Source of the DNA: Geosiphon pyriformis uo1
Taxonomy: Eukaryota; Fungi; Glomeromycota
DNA length: 64,000 nucleotides
Assembly (NCBI GenBank): GCA_016748015.1
Contig: JAAOMT010000618.1
Location: 91,054-155,053, forward strand
Direction: 5' to 3'
Made by a program: the position numbers and the translations under genes. The notes beneath the pieces were generated by a model. The model did no database searches. It was given only the letters and a program-made list of their open reading frames with translations, and was not told the origin of the DNA. This document shows positions 53,601 to 64,000 of this stretch, in pieces (positions within the stretch are counted from its first letter, which is position 1; the number at the start of each line of letters is the position of its first letter).

Positions 53601-55940
53601 AGATACACTAGTGTACAGACTTAAGATCATAACTAAAAGCTTGTTCTTGAACAAAAAACATACAGAAATCAAATGACCAGAAATCTTATCCACTTTTGAA
53701 ACATGCCAAGCCAAAGAATTGTTCATAATTAAGGCAACCCCAGCACCATAAAACCCAACATTCAAACCAGAAATAAAAACCCAAAGTTCATTAAATTTAT
53801 TCATGATTCAAAGCCTAATATCAGACTTCAATTTAGTCTCAGTAACAATTAAAATCATATTTCCCAAATCCTTATACCAACAAACAATGTCTTCCTGTTT
53901 AGCTAAATTTGACATACCCCTAATATTGCATGTAACTACTCTCCAAATGAGCTTATTCATTGATGCAAAGAATACATCAAAGAACTCAAATTTATGTACA
54001 ACAGATCTAACTTCTTCAAGATTGAGCCAATAAAAACCTTGAGAGCCATCATTTTAGATTCCAAACCACCAACTTTGAAAGTGAAAACTTTTGAACTGCT
54101 TAGACCCAAATCCACCACTTTGTCTTCTAATACTAAAGAAGAAAGAGGAAGAGACAACCATGGAACATCCAAAACCATATCAATATTAAGTGATGCCAAC
54201 ATAGAAACAAAGGCAGCTAGGAGTACAACTTGAATAACAGATACCAGAGACACCAGCTCCACATTATTTAATTTATGCACAATATCTGATATCTAATCAG
54301 CTAGTAATCCTAAGGAGTGTTCCAGTGAAACTAGATAATTATTGATTGAGAATTTATTTTGAACAACTGGCATGCTTTTCTTAATACCTAAAGAACCAGA
54401 AGGAGGAGAATCAGACCCAAAACCAAAGTTGAAATAAAAGCCACTAGAAGGAAAAACAAGTGAAACTACTTATGTCCAAGATTTGTCACCAAAAACAACA
54501 GGATAGGAGATAGGAACAGTTTTCTTTGCATATAACTTAGCTAACCAAAGATGATATTCCTCTGAGGTGACTTTTCTAACAACTTTTGAAGGCTTGGGAG
54601 CAGATGCAAGTGGTGCGCCATATTCTAAAGCAGAATAACCAAGAAATTCACATCTTTCATAACAAACCAAATCCAGTCTAGTCCAAGAAAGTTTAACACC
54701 ACCAAATATTGGCTCAATGTAATATGCAGATTCCATTGCATTCTCAGACTCAAAGCCAACCACAGCACAGTAAATCCTATTGCCAGAATTCAATAAATGA
54801 TTTATAATATAAGTTTTCTCACTAGTTTCTTCCAAAAGAGTGCCCAAATCATGAGCAGTTGTACCTATAGGCAAAATAAACAATAAAGTTCTAAACTGGT
54901 CTTTTGATGCCCATGTTTCATAATCTTTCACAGCCATAGCCACTCATACAGAATCTTTTCCAATCAAAAAGGACCATTTAGCAGCCAATTGTTCAGTCTA
55001 ACCTAGTTTAGCAAATTCTACCACAGCTTTTTGCTACATTCCAATCAGTTGGATTTTGATTGACTTAATTTTGCCAAACTCAGCTAGTGTTGCAATGATT
55101 ATTTCCTTTGGTGTGTTTATGGGAATTTTTTTAATAACCACAGCCCGATCTGAATGGATTCTTTGTTTTTTGAGATCGCTGTTTACGTTGATCTCTTTTA
55201 CCTTGGCCAATAACACAACCATATTCATGCTTTTTTTGAAAGTGAAAGTAGATTGGATGATCTCTTCAAATTTTAAGGGAGTAATGACCCTTCCAAAACC
55301 ATTGACTGATGAAAAATTTTTTTAATCAACTGAGTTTTTGCTGTTGCTGATTTACCTTCCACAGCTGAAAGATTAATATTCAAAGCGAATGATTTTCTAA
55401 TTGATACTTCCACAGGAGTCTTGATAATTTTTGGGTCAATCCACTTCTTTTCAAGAGAGATAGACAGGTGAGAAGGGAGCAGAACTTTATTATTATCCAT
55501 ATGAAAGTTGGGAGAGCCAAGTGAAGAACTAAACACAGCACCAGTGTTAATTTACTTTGCTTTGGGTGTAGTAGCAGCTAAGCCCAAAAGAGACTCATCA
55601 TTTACACTAAACATGCTAACATTCTCATCTTCACCAGAAAGACTTTCCATATTAGAATAAACACTATTACCAGATCTGGATCTGCTTAAGGATATATCTC
55701 TTTCATCACCAGAGTGTTTGACATTGCCAAGAACAACTTTCTTTTTCTAAGAAAAAAAACCACCAGCAAGACCATAAAAAGCACCCTTAGGAGTTTTTTT
55801 CTTGCAGTAGCTTCTATATTCACGAAAAATGGGTTATTATTAAACAAAGAAATATTGATATAGATTAAAAAAACAAAAAACTTTTTTTAACAGAAAATAT
55901 GCTTTTTGAAAATTTTTGGAGATAAGAGAGAAAGAAGTTT
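50631..55940 (-). mobile_element. LINE-4, 5' segment (5' UTR, ORF1 ~55820-53957, ORF2 from 53960: APE and RT)
   Basis: MNKLIWRVVTCN, GGNFN, IDFIL, LQDMCKVYDS, AGAFVDN. Joins 41654 as AAKEN|VLSVLDS. Reassembled length ~6.8 kb. The 5' end is approximate. Confidence 0.93.
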
Positions 55941-56229
55941 TTACTGTTTTACTTAAACATTAATTATTATTTAAAAATAATTGCCAAAATATAATTTATT
56001 AATTTATTTTAATTATATTAATTAGAATTATAATTAATATTATTAATATATAATTAAATTTAAAATTTAATTATCTAAATTTAATTATCTAAATTATTTT
56101 ATTTTAGAAAATAATATATTAAATAAATTTATAACTAAATTGATTAATTTAATATATATAAATAATTTATATATTTATTATAATATATATAGTTAATTTT
56201 TTTTCTTGTTAATCTTCTGACCATGATGA

Positions 56230-57095
56230 TGTTACGGTTTAAGAATTTAGCAAAAAGAATCATAAAAATAATACAAATTATTCAATCATAATATAGCACA
56301 GTAATAATCTTAGAAAGGTAATGATTAACATAGTAGCAAACACCATCTCGCGATAGTGGCAAGCACCAGTTCACAATAGCAGTCAACACCAACTGGTGAT
56401 AGCAGCAAACACCAGGTTGAAATATCAAAAAGAAAGTATTTTCTCGTAGAACTACAAACATGTATATATACAGTAGTTTTAATATTGGGAAATAATCAAT
56501 CAAGTAATAAAAATCATAACTTATCAAGAAATAGATCCAATTTTATCCAACAAACTCCACTTTAAATCATACTTTCAAATTAAATATCCCAAGAAACCTT
56601 TAAAATCAAAAAGAAATGAAAAAGAATATTTAAAATGGAACTATCACAACCCAAAGTATTAAGAAACTTACTTGTATTATTTATTGAATGAAACTATCAT
56701 TTATCAACTGAATCCCTTGGAAGAATAATCCTTGATCAAGATTATTCACGTTGTTACTAATTGATAAAAGCTTTGTTGTGAGAATTAGAAAAGCGCTAAA
56801 GACCATTAACATTCTGTGTTTCTAGATTAGAGAAACACATCAGGCAATTGCAAGGATAGCCTCAGAGAAGACCCCAGACAGTGGGTAGATTTCAGTTCAG
56901 CCTCTGAGAAGAAGTACATAAACATACACAACAATCAAGAATTAAAGAATAACTTACATCACAACAGTAAAAAGAAAGCCTTCAGTGTAACAGTGACATT
57001 ATTACACAAATAGAATTGAGGAACTCATAAAAGACTGATTGCAATTAAAGCGGAATATCAGCAATTAAATATAACAAGAAAACCATCCCATAACA
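56230..57095 (+). repeat. Probable 5' LTR of element D
   Basis: TGTTACG...CATAACA, then TT and PBS TGGTGAACCCTATGAG (57098-57113). Four 23-bp repeats at 56329-56420; TATATATA at 56463. The partner LTR is outside the window. Confidence 0.8.
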
Positions 57096-57177
57096 TTTGG
57101 TGAACCCTATGAGAAAAAAAAATCAAAAAGGAAATAATAATTAGCAATAATTCATTGCTAAAAAGGAAAAGACAAAA

Positions 57178-60100
57178 GTGGTGACAAAAACCCCTAATCT
57201 TACTGTTCTTGAATTCTGCCGTGCTATTTACACACAAAATCAAAGTGATCTTGGATTACCAGAAGGGTGTTGTCCAGCAGAATCTGCCCTCACTTATTAT
57301 ATCAACGCCAGAATAAATTATCATATAGGAAAGGAAGAAGAACCACACGATGCAAAACTTGGATTGTATAGAGAATTATTACAATACACTACAAAAGAAA
57401 TAGCAATAATAGCCACAACTATTGTCAAAATCCATCAAGAAATTGAGCAATATGCCAATGAAAATTTTCTAATATCCACAGGAAACACTAGGGAATACAC
57501 CAACAAAACCAAAGAAAATTTAGAAACTAATCAGGAAAGTAACCAGCAAAAACTAGGAACACCAGCTCAAACGCCAAAGAAAACTGTCACTCAATCAATA
57601 AAAAAACAACGTATTTATTTACCAGAAGATAAATCATACAATTTTTCACCAGAAAATAAGATACAAATTCCATTAGGAGCTGTATCATCATCAACATCAA
57701 CTCCACAAACGCTAAGAACTCCTAGTTATATTGATAAAATTAAACAACGTAACTGGGGAGACATACCAATTACAGGAGAATATTCATCACTATTCCAAAA
57801 CCCTCTTTTTCAGCCAAAATTTAGAACAGGATTTGAAAACCGTGAAGAGGAGTCTGAATCGGAATCCGAAAAAGAGACCAGCAAAAAAACAATCACAAGA
57901 CCAGTCACTGAAACAAGCAGCCAGTCCAGAAACCAAGAAACTCGTGATCAAGAGGAAGAACTGGATATAAGGGAAGCCACCTTTAGGAATGCTCAAGGAA
58001 ATATCATCCCACCTCCTCTTAGACCAATAAACCCACCAGCAGAAAATGGCAACGAAATGACCACACCATACATTGNNNNNNNNNNNNNNNNNNNNACCCA
58101 ATACCTTGCTTGATTCAATCGAATTCGCCGTCAGATTGAAGCGATTGAACAAGGATACTACACTGATCCTCAGGTTTTAAATCAGTTTATTAGAGGATTA
58201 AAAAGCAGCATTTTAGGAAGAGTACGCCCTGCCCACCCTAATTCCTTACCAGAAGCCGTTATGCTCGCCAGAGCCCTTGAATCGGCTAAGAAAGAAGCTA
58301 ACCATAGTCAAATAGTTAACATGGTAATGGAGAAAAATAAGACAGAAACATTAGAGAAAAGAGTAACGCGATTAGGGAAGAAACTCTCTAAGAAAATAGA
58401 AAGTTACCTCATCCCGAATCCGAGAAAAAATACATACCAACCACCCCAAAGATGCAGCCAGGAAGTCAGCGACAGTTGAAATAATCGCTTGGCATGCCAG
58501 AAATTCAGAACAAAAACACGTGCCTGCCATTTTTGCAAACGCGTAGGACATTTGATTAGTCAATGTTGAACGCGAATGATGCAGGAAGCACGCGAAAATA
58601 ATTACTACACGCCACCCCAAATGCCCAGAAACCAGTACACGCCAATACCACGCCAATATTTCACCATGTATCAAAATCAAGGAGCTTACCAGCAACAGCC
58701 CATGATAGCCAACCTGAATTGGCATCCCGAGGCCCAAAATCAGCCCATGTGGAACCAGAACACGTTGGTCCAGAGGAATCCAAACCGCGCTAGAACCAAT
58801 CAGCAAACCAATCCAAACTACCAAAATTATCAACAAACTTACCTTAATATACCGGAAAACCTGATCATCGGAAACAATGACAGTAGAAACATAAACAGAA
58901 CCAAAAATTCCTCCAAATTGAGCCAGACAATACCACCAGCAGTTGCCACTAAAGATAGCAGCCTCGCAGCTATTTTTCCTTTTGAATTAGAGGAAAACGA
59001 GGCTATGTTCAGTGGAGCAGCATTGGATGAAAAATGCCCAATCACTGCTATGTATACAGAAGCCACTGTAAACAATACTCCAATCAAACTTATCTTAGAC
59101 AGCGGATCTACTGGAAGCATCGTAACACTTCAACTAGTAAACCAACTGGGTTTCAAAGTTGATCGTGCCACAACATCCCAAATCATAACAGCCGATGGAA
59201 GTACAAAGCTGCCTCATGGCGAAATCAACTCATTCTCTTTCGAAATTAACAGCATAGTAATACCTACAAAAGTATTAGTAATGGATGCTACACAATATCA
59301 AGCATTAGTAGGGAATGACTGGCTAACAAAAGCCAATACCACCCTAGACTGGACCACCCAAGAGCTTCTGATCAATTATAATGGCCACCAGGCCAAAATT
59401 CCAGCCACTTGTGGCCACTTCCAAAAACCCAGCGCCAACCAAAGACCTACCTTCAAATTTGAGGAAAATCCAGCACTACCAGCCATCAAAACCTATCAGC
59501 TCTCTTGGGCTGATGACCAAAGAACAGGACTACCAGCCGTACCAACGTGGACCAGTGAAGAAAGATCCGAATGGAACCAGGTAAGTTCACAAAGAAACCA
59601 CCAGCAATGCAGACCAAAGCTAGAATGCTCGGTTTGCAAGAAAAAACTCTCGTCTATAACTGCGTGCAGCGCACCGGACGAAGACCCAAAAAACCCCACC
59701 CACTACTATTGTAACCGTTGTAACAAAGAAAAATACAGTTACCCAGAAAGACACGAAAAATGGGACAAGGAACCATGCCTCGCTTGTGGAGAACTGTTAC
59801 CAAGAGGGTGCGACTGGAATGACTTACCAGGCAGAGGAGGAACGTGTGATGCAACTTGCCAATACATGATCTTCATTTGTGACTGGGTAAGAGGAGGAAC
59901 GCCGTTCGAAGCAGCATTCAACAGAGCGTTAAAAAGACTACAGCACTACCCACATGATGAGGACGAGTTGTACAATACCACACAAGCCAAAGTAAGAGGA
60001 GGAACCGCCAAAGAAATACAACATTGGAAAGAGTCAGCCGAAGTAGCCGACGAAATTGCCAGCTACAACATGTTCGACCCAGTGGACAAATTCCAGGACT

Positions 60101-62674
60101 ACTACTAACAACTATGCCTCACTTGACAAGAGCAAGAACAATACTTCACCCAAATCAACACTTACCTCTGCAAAAACTGTCTCATCCCATGCCAAAATCA
60201 GTGCTGTGAAGAGTGTCAAGATGAAAGGGACTTAGAAAGAAAAATGGAAATTGAGAATCAGCAGTCTCAAAATCAATCAATAAATTAACAAGACTCACCT
60301 GATGGTCCCAAGTCAGAAAAATTTGTAGCCTATACTGACATAGAACAGGTTACCAACATCCGATACTTTGACAACAGGTACTTAGGAATAATACCTAAAA
60401 GAGCCCATCCAACCAATGCCGGATTCGATCTACGTTATCCAGAAGACCAATCCACAATGTTACCACCCAGAAGCATCACCAAAATCGACTTAAAAATAGC
60501 GGTTGAAATTCCGCCAGGAATAATGGTTCAAATGGCGTCGCGATCAAGCCTCGTGAAAAAAAGAATAAGCGTTCAAGGAGGAGTAATTGACTCCGGATAC
60601 ACTGGAAATTTGATGGTTTTGCTACAGAACAATTCAAAAAAGCCTTATACTATTGAATCTAAGGAAAAGATTGCACAAGCAATTTTCCTACCATTGGTAA
60701 AAATTGGGAAATTCATGCCAGTGGAAAATTGTGAGGAATTGTCACAAACAACGAGAGGAACTTTTGGTTTCGGATCGACAAGAAAAGGAATTGAAGTGAA
60801 TTTCGCTGAAACAATAGAGGAAAAAGGCGAAGTAATTAAAAATGAGTGGTCCATCACGCTTCTACCATATGAAAAATCAGAAATAAGAATAAAAAGGACA
60901 ATTAAAGAAAAAGACCTAATATTTGAGCCCTACCCAGAAACTTGCCAACAGTTTCTCATAGAACTTACTAACCTTTTTATTCCAGCTGATAAAGCTCAAT
61001 GGATAAAAATTTCTATTGCAAACACCACAGAAGAACCCGTCTACATTCTGGAAAATATCATCATTGGATACCTTGGAACGGAGCTAGAAAACGCATCAAC
61101 ACCACAAGAAATTCTAAATTTCTCAGAAATTGCCCTCTACTGTGAACTCACTTCAATAAATTGGCAACAACCAGTAGAATGCTATCAATTTATGCCAGAA
61201 GAATTGGCCAAATTAAACATTGGAACAATGGATCCTGATCAACAGCGACAATTAAAAGCATTAATTTTAAAATACTCTGATATATTTTCAAGAAATGGCG
61301 AATTTGGAAGAACCAACTTGGTTCAACACCAAATCCCCACTGGAAACGCCAGACCTGAAAAACAATGTGCTTACTGTGTCCCACCAATGGAGCATAATTT
61401 TATCAGAGAAGAAATCCAAAGCATGTTGGAAAAAGGAATAATACAACCATCAATGAGCCCATGGTCCTCACCAGTTGTTTTAGTAAGGAAAAAGAACGGA
61501 AAAATTAGATNNNNNNNNNNNNNNNNNNNNNNNNNNNNNNNNNNNNNNNNNNNNNNNNNNNNNNNNNNNNNNNNNNNNNNNNNNNNNNNNNNNNNNNNNN
61601 NNNNNNNNNNNNNNNNNNNNNNNNNNNNNNNNNNNNNNNNNNNNNNNNNNNNNNNNNNNNNNNNNNNNNNNNNNNNNNNNNNNNNNNNNNNNNNNNNNNN
61701 NNNNNNNNNNNNNNNNNNNNNNNNNNNNNNNNNNNNNNNNNNNNNNNNNNNNNNNNNNNNNNNNNNNNNNNNNNNNNNNNNNNNNNNNNNNNNNNNNNNN
61801 NNNNNNNNNNNNNNNNNNNNNNNNNNNNNNNNNNNNNNNNNNNNNNNNNNNNNNNTCCGTTGTTGTCTACTTGGATGATACAAATGTTTTCTCGTCAAAA
61901 TTCACAGATCATCTCCAACATTTACAACAAGTTTTTGAGAGATTGAGACACACTGGACTTAAACTAAATCTAGAAAAATGTTTCTTTGGGAAAAATGAGC
62001 TAGCATTTTTAGAACACGTAGTTGGAAAAGATGGAATAAAACCAGATCCATCAAAAATAGACAAAGTGAAAAATTTTCCAGTACCTCGAAACATTTCAGA
62101 AGTTAGAAGCTTTTTAGGACTCACATCTTACTACTGCCGCTTTGTAGAAAACTTTTCAAATATTGCCAAACCCCTTAATTATCTATTATCTAAAAATGTG
62201 AAGTTTGAATAGACTGAAGCACAACAAAAAGCTTTTGAGTACCTTAGACAAAAGCTCATTGAATCACCAATAATGATCTATCCGAATTTCAACAAGAAAT
62301 TCATTTTGGCCACAGATGCCTCTGGAACTGGACTTGGAGCCATTCTGTCACAAAAAGATGATAATGGAAGAGAACGTGTAATCGCTTATGCCAGCAGAAG
62401 TCTCAGTATGGCAGAACAAAACTACATAGCACATGAACTTAAATGCTTAGCAGTAGTCTGGAGTTGTGTTCACTTTGACACATATTTATGGTACCAACCC
62501 TTTAAGATTACGACAGATCATAGAGGTCTGGTCTGGTTAAATAACAAGAAAGCACTAAAAGGAAAATACGCCAGATGGTCACAAACGTTAGCACCATATG
62601 ATTATATTATCAAATACAAAGAAGATACCAAAAATGCTAATGCCGACTGTTTGTCAAGAATGAGACACACATAA
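57178..62674 (+). pseudogene. Element D gag-PR-Cys-rich-dUTPase-RT-RNaseH polyprotein
   Basis: GTG at 57178; CHFCKRVGHLISQC; LILDSGSTGSIV; AGFDLRYP, SRSS, GVIDSGYTG, KIAQ, RGTFGFGST; YLDDTNVF; LATDASG; ends NADCLSRMRHT*. Confidence 0.93.
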
Positions 62675-62703
62675 AAATCACCAACCCACCTGCCACAACA
62701 ACA

Positions 62704-64000
62704 ATGAACAACCACCTTTACAAAAACCTCAGCCAATACTTGGAAACACTACAAATAGACAAAAAAATGCCAGTAAAAGAGCTAATTAAGCTCCAAAAAT
62801 TAGCAAAACACTATTTCATCCAAAATCACATACTTTATTACTGGAATTGACAAAATCCAGATAATCCATTAAGAGTTATAACCACGGATGAAAAAGAAAC
62901 TATCTTATTTAACATGCACTCAGATATTCATTCAGACCACTTTGGAAAAACAGCAACCATCTAACGTGCAACTAGCCATTACTATTGGCCAAAAATGAGT
63001 TCAGACATAATCCAATACATAAGAAATTGTGANNNNNNNNNNNNNNNNNNNNNNNNNNNNNNNNNNNNNNNNNNNNNNNNNNNNNNNNNNNNNNNNNNNN
63101 NNNNNNNNNNNNNNNNNNNNNNNNNNNNNNNNNNNNNNNNNNNNNNNNNNNNNNNNNNNNNNNNNNNNNNNNNNNNNNNNNNNNNNNNNNNNNNNNNNNN
63201 NNNNNNNNNNNNNNNNNNNNNNNNNNNNNNNNNNNNNNNNNNNNNNNNNNNNNNNNNNNNNNNNNNNNNNNNNNNNNNNNNNNNNNNNNNNNNNNNNNNN
63301 NNNNNNNNNNNNNNNNNNNNNNNNNNNNNNNNNNNNNNNNNNNNNNNNNNNNNNNNNNNNNNNNNNNNNNNNNNNNNNNNNNNNNNNNNNNNNNNNNNNN
63401 NNNNNNNNNNNNNNNNNNNNNNNNNNNNNNNNNNNNNNNNNNNNNNNNNNNNNNNNNNNNNNNNNNNNNNNNNNNNNNNNNNNNNNNNNNNNNNNNNNNN
63501 NNNACTTAATTTGCCGACATGGATGTCCACAAGAATTGCTATCAGATCAAGGCACACACTTCGTAAACAGCACCTTAAAAGAACTTAGCCAAAAATTTGA
63601 AATCAAACGACCACTGTCATCACCATACCACCCTCAAACAAATGGATTAGTTGAAAGATTTAATTGCACATTATGCAAATCACTGATGAAAATTAGTAAC
63701 GAACATGAAAAAGAATGGGATTTGTTCATACCAGCAGTACTACTAGCATATAGAACAGTAAAACAAGATACTACACAATTCACACCATTTGAACTAGTTT
63801 ATGGAAGAAAAGCCACATTACCCGTTGAACTTACTATCCCAACTTATCCAAGTGACACTATCACAAAAGCAACATTCTAGGAAACACTACTAAGAAGAAC
63901 ATACAAATTAATGAGAACTTTAGAAAACAAAAGAAAAAAAGCAGCACAAAATATTGAACAATCACAAGAACAACAAAAAGTGAGACATGATAACCAGTTA
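62704..64000 (+). pseudogene. Element D integrase ORF (partial)
   Basis: MNNHLYKNLSQYLE..MHSDIHSDHFG..YYWPKM..RNC; SDQGTHF; SPYHPQTNGLVERFN. Confidence 0.92.

Larger units (their letters stand above)
56230..64000 (+). mobile_element. Ty3/gypsy element D (least decayed; runs off the window; three assembly gaps)
   Basis: 5' LTR candidate, PBS, and the same domain order as A and B. Confidence 0.93.

Noticed and set aside
55940-55970. TSD for LINE-4 (TAATTATT at 30100-30107 and 55961-55968)
   Set aside because: It is short and low-complexity, and lies further from the 5' pyrimidine tract than in the other LINEs. Not convincing.
56329-56420. CRISPR-like periodic repeats
   Set aside because: The units are tandem and degenerate with no unique spacers or cas genes, and they lie inside an LTR.
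61510-63503. Long ORFs spanning X runs
   Set aside because: These are artefacts of assembly gaps. Frames across the Ns cannot be trusted.

Overview
This is eukaryotic, transposon-dominated DNA. It is most likely from a Glomeromycotina fungus (Geosiphon-like), inferred from the style of the kinase and the repeat proteins. The only host gene is a 4-exon TKL-type protein kinase (25078-26827, +) with an HRD->HRN change and a 1-nt frameshift. There are three ~6.8-6.9 kb RNase H-bearing LINEs on the minus strand (5861-13637, 15267-22059, and one split across 30106-~55940) and two 5'-truncated LINEs. There are three related but divergent Ty3/gypsy elements (A 31032-41077 -, B 41655-50630 +, D 56230->window end +) and two solo LTRs. 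All coding regions are decayed by C->T/G->A changes. Two observations stand out. (1) The gypsy lineage has a shared unusual design: a GTG-started, ATG-depleted N-terminal Gag extension, then CA-NC-PR, a Cys-rich domain, dUTPase, RT and RNaseH. A TAA stop falls at the same codon in all three elements, followed by a nearly G-free CAA-rich spacer and a separate integrase ORF with a long non-chromo C-terminal domain. (2) The ~90% AT deserts can be aligned by eye to the intact LTR, gag and LINE sequences in this window, with almost every G/C converted by transition. They look like fossil transposons erased by a RIP-like process. All alignments and counts were done by eye; no searches were run.
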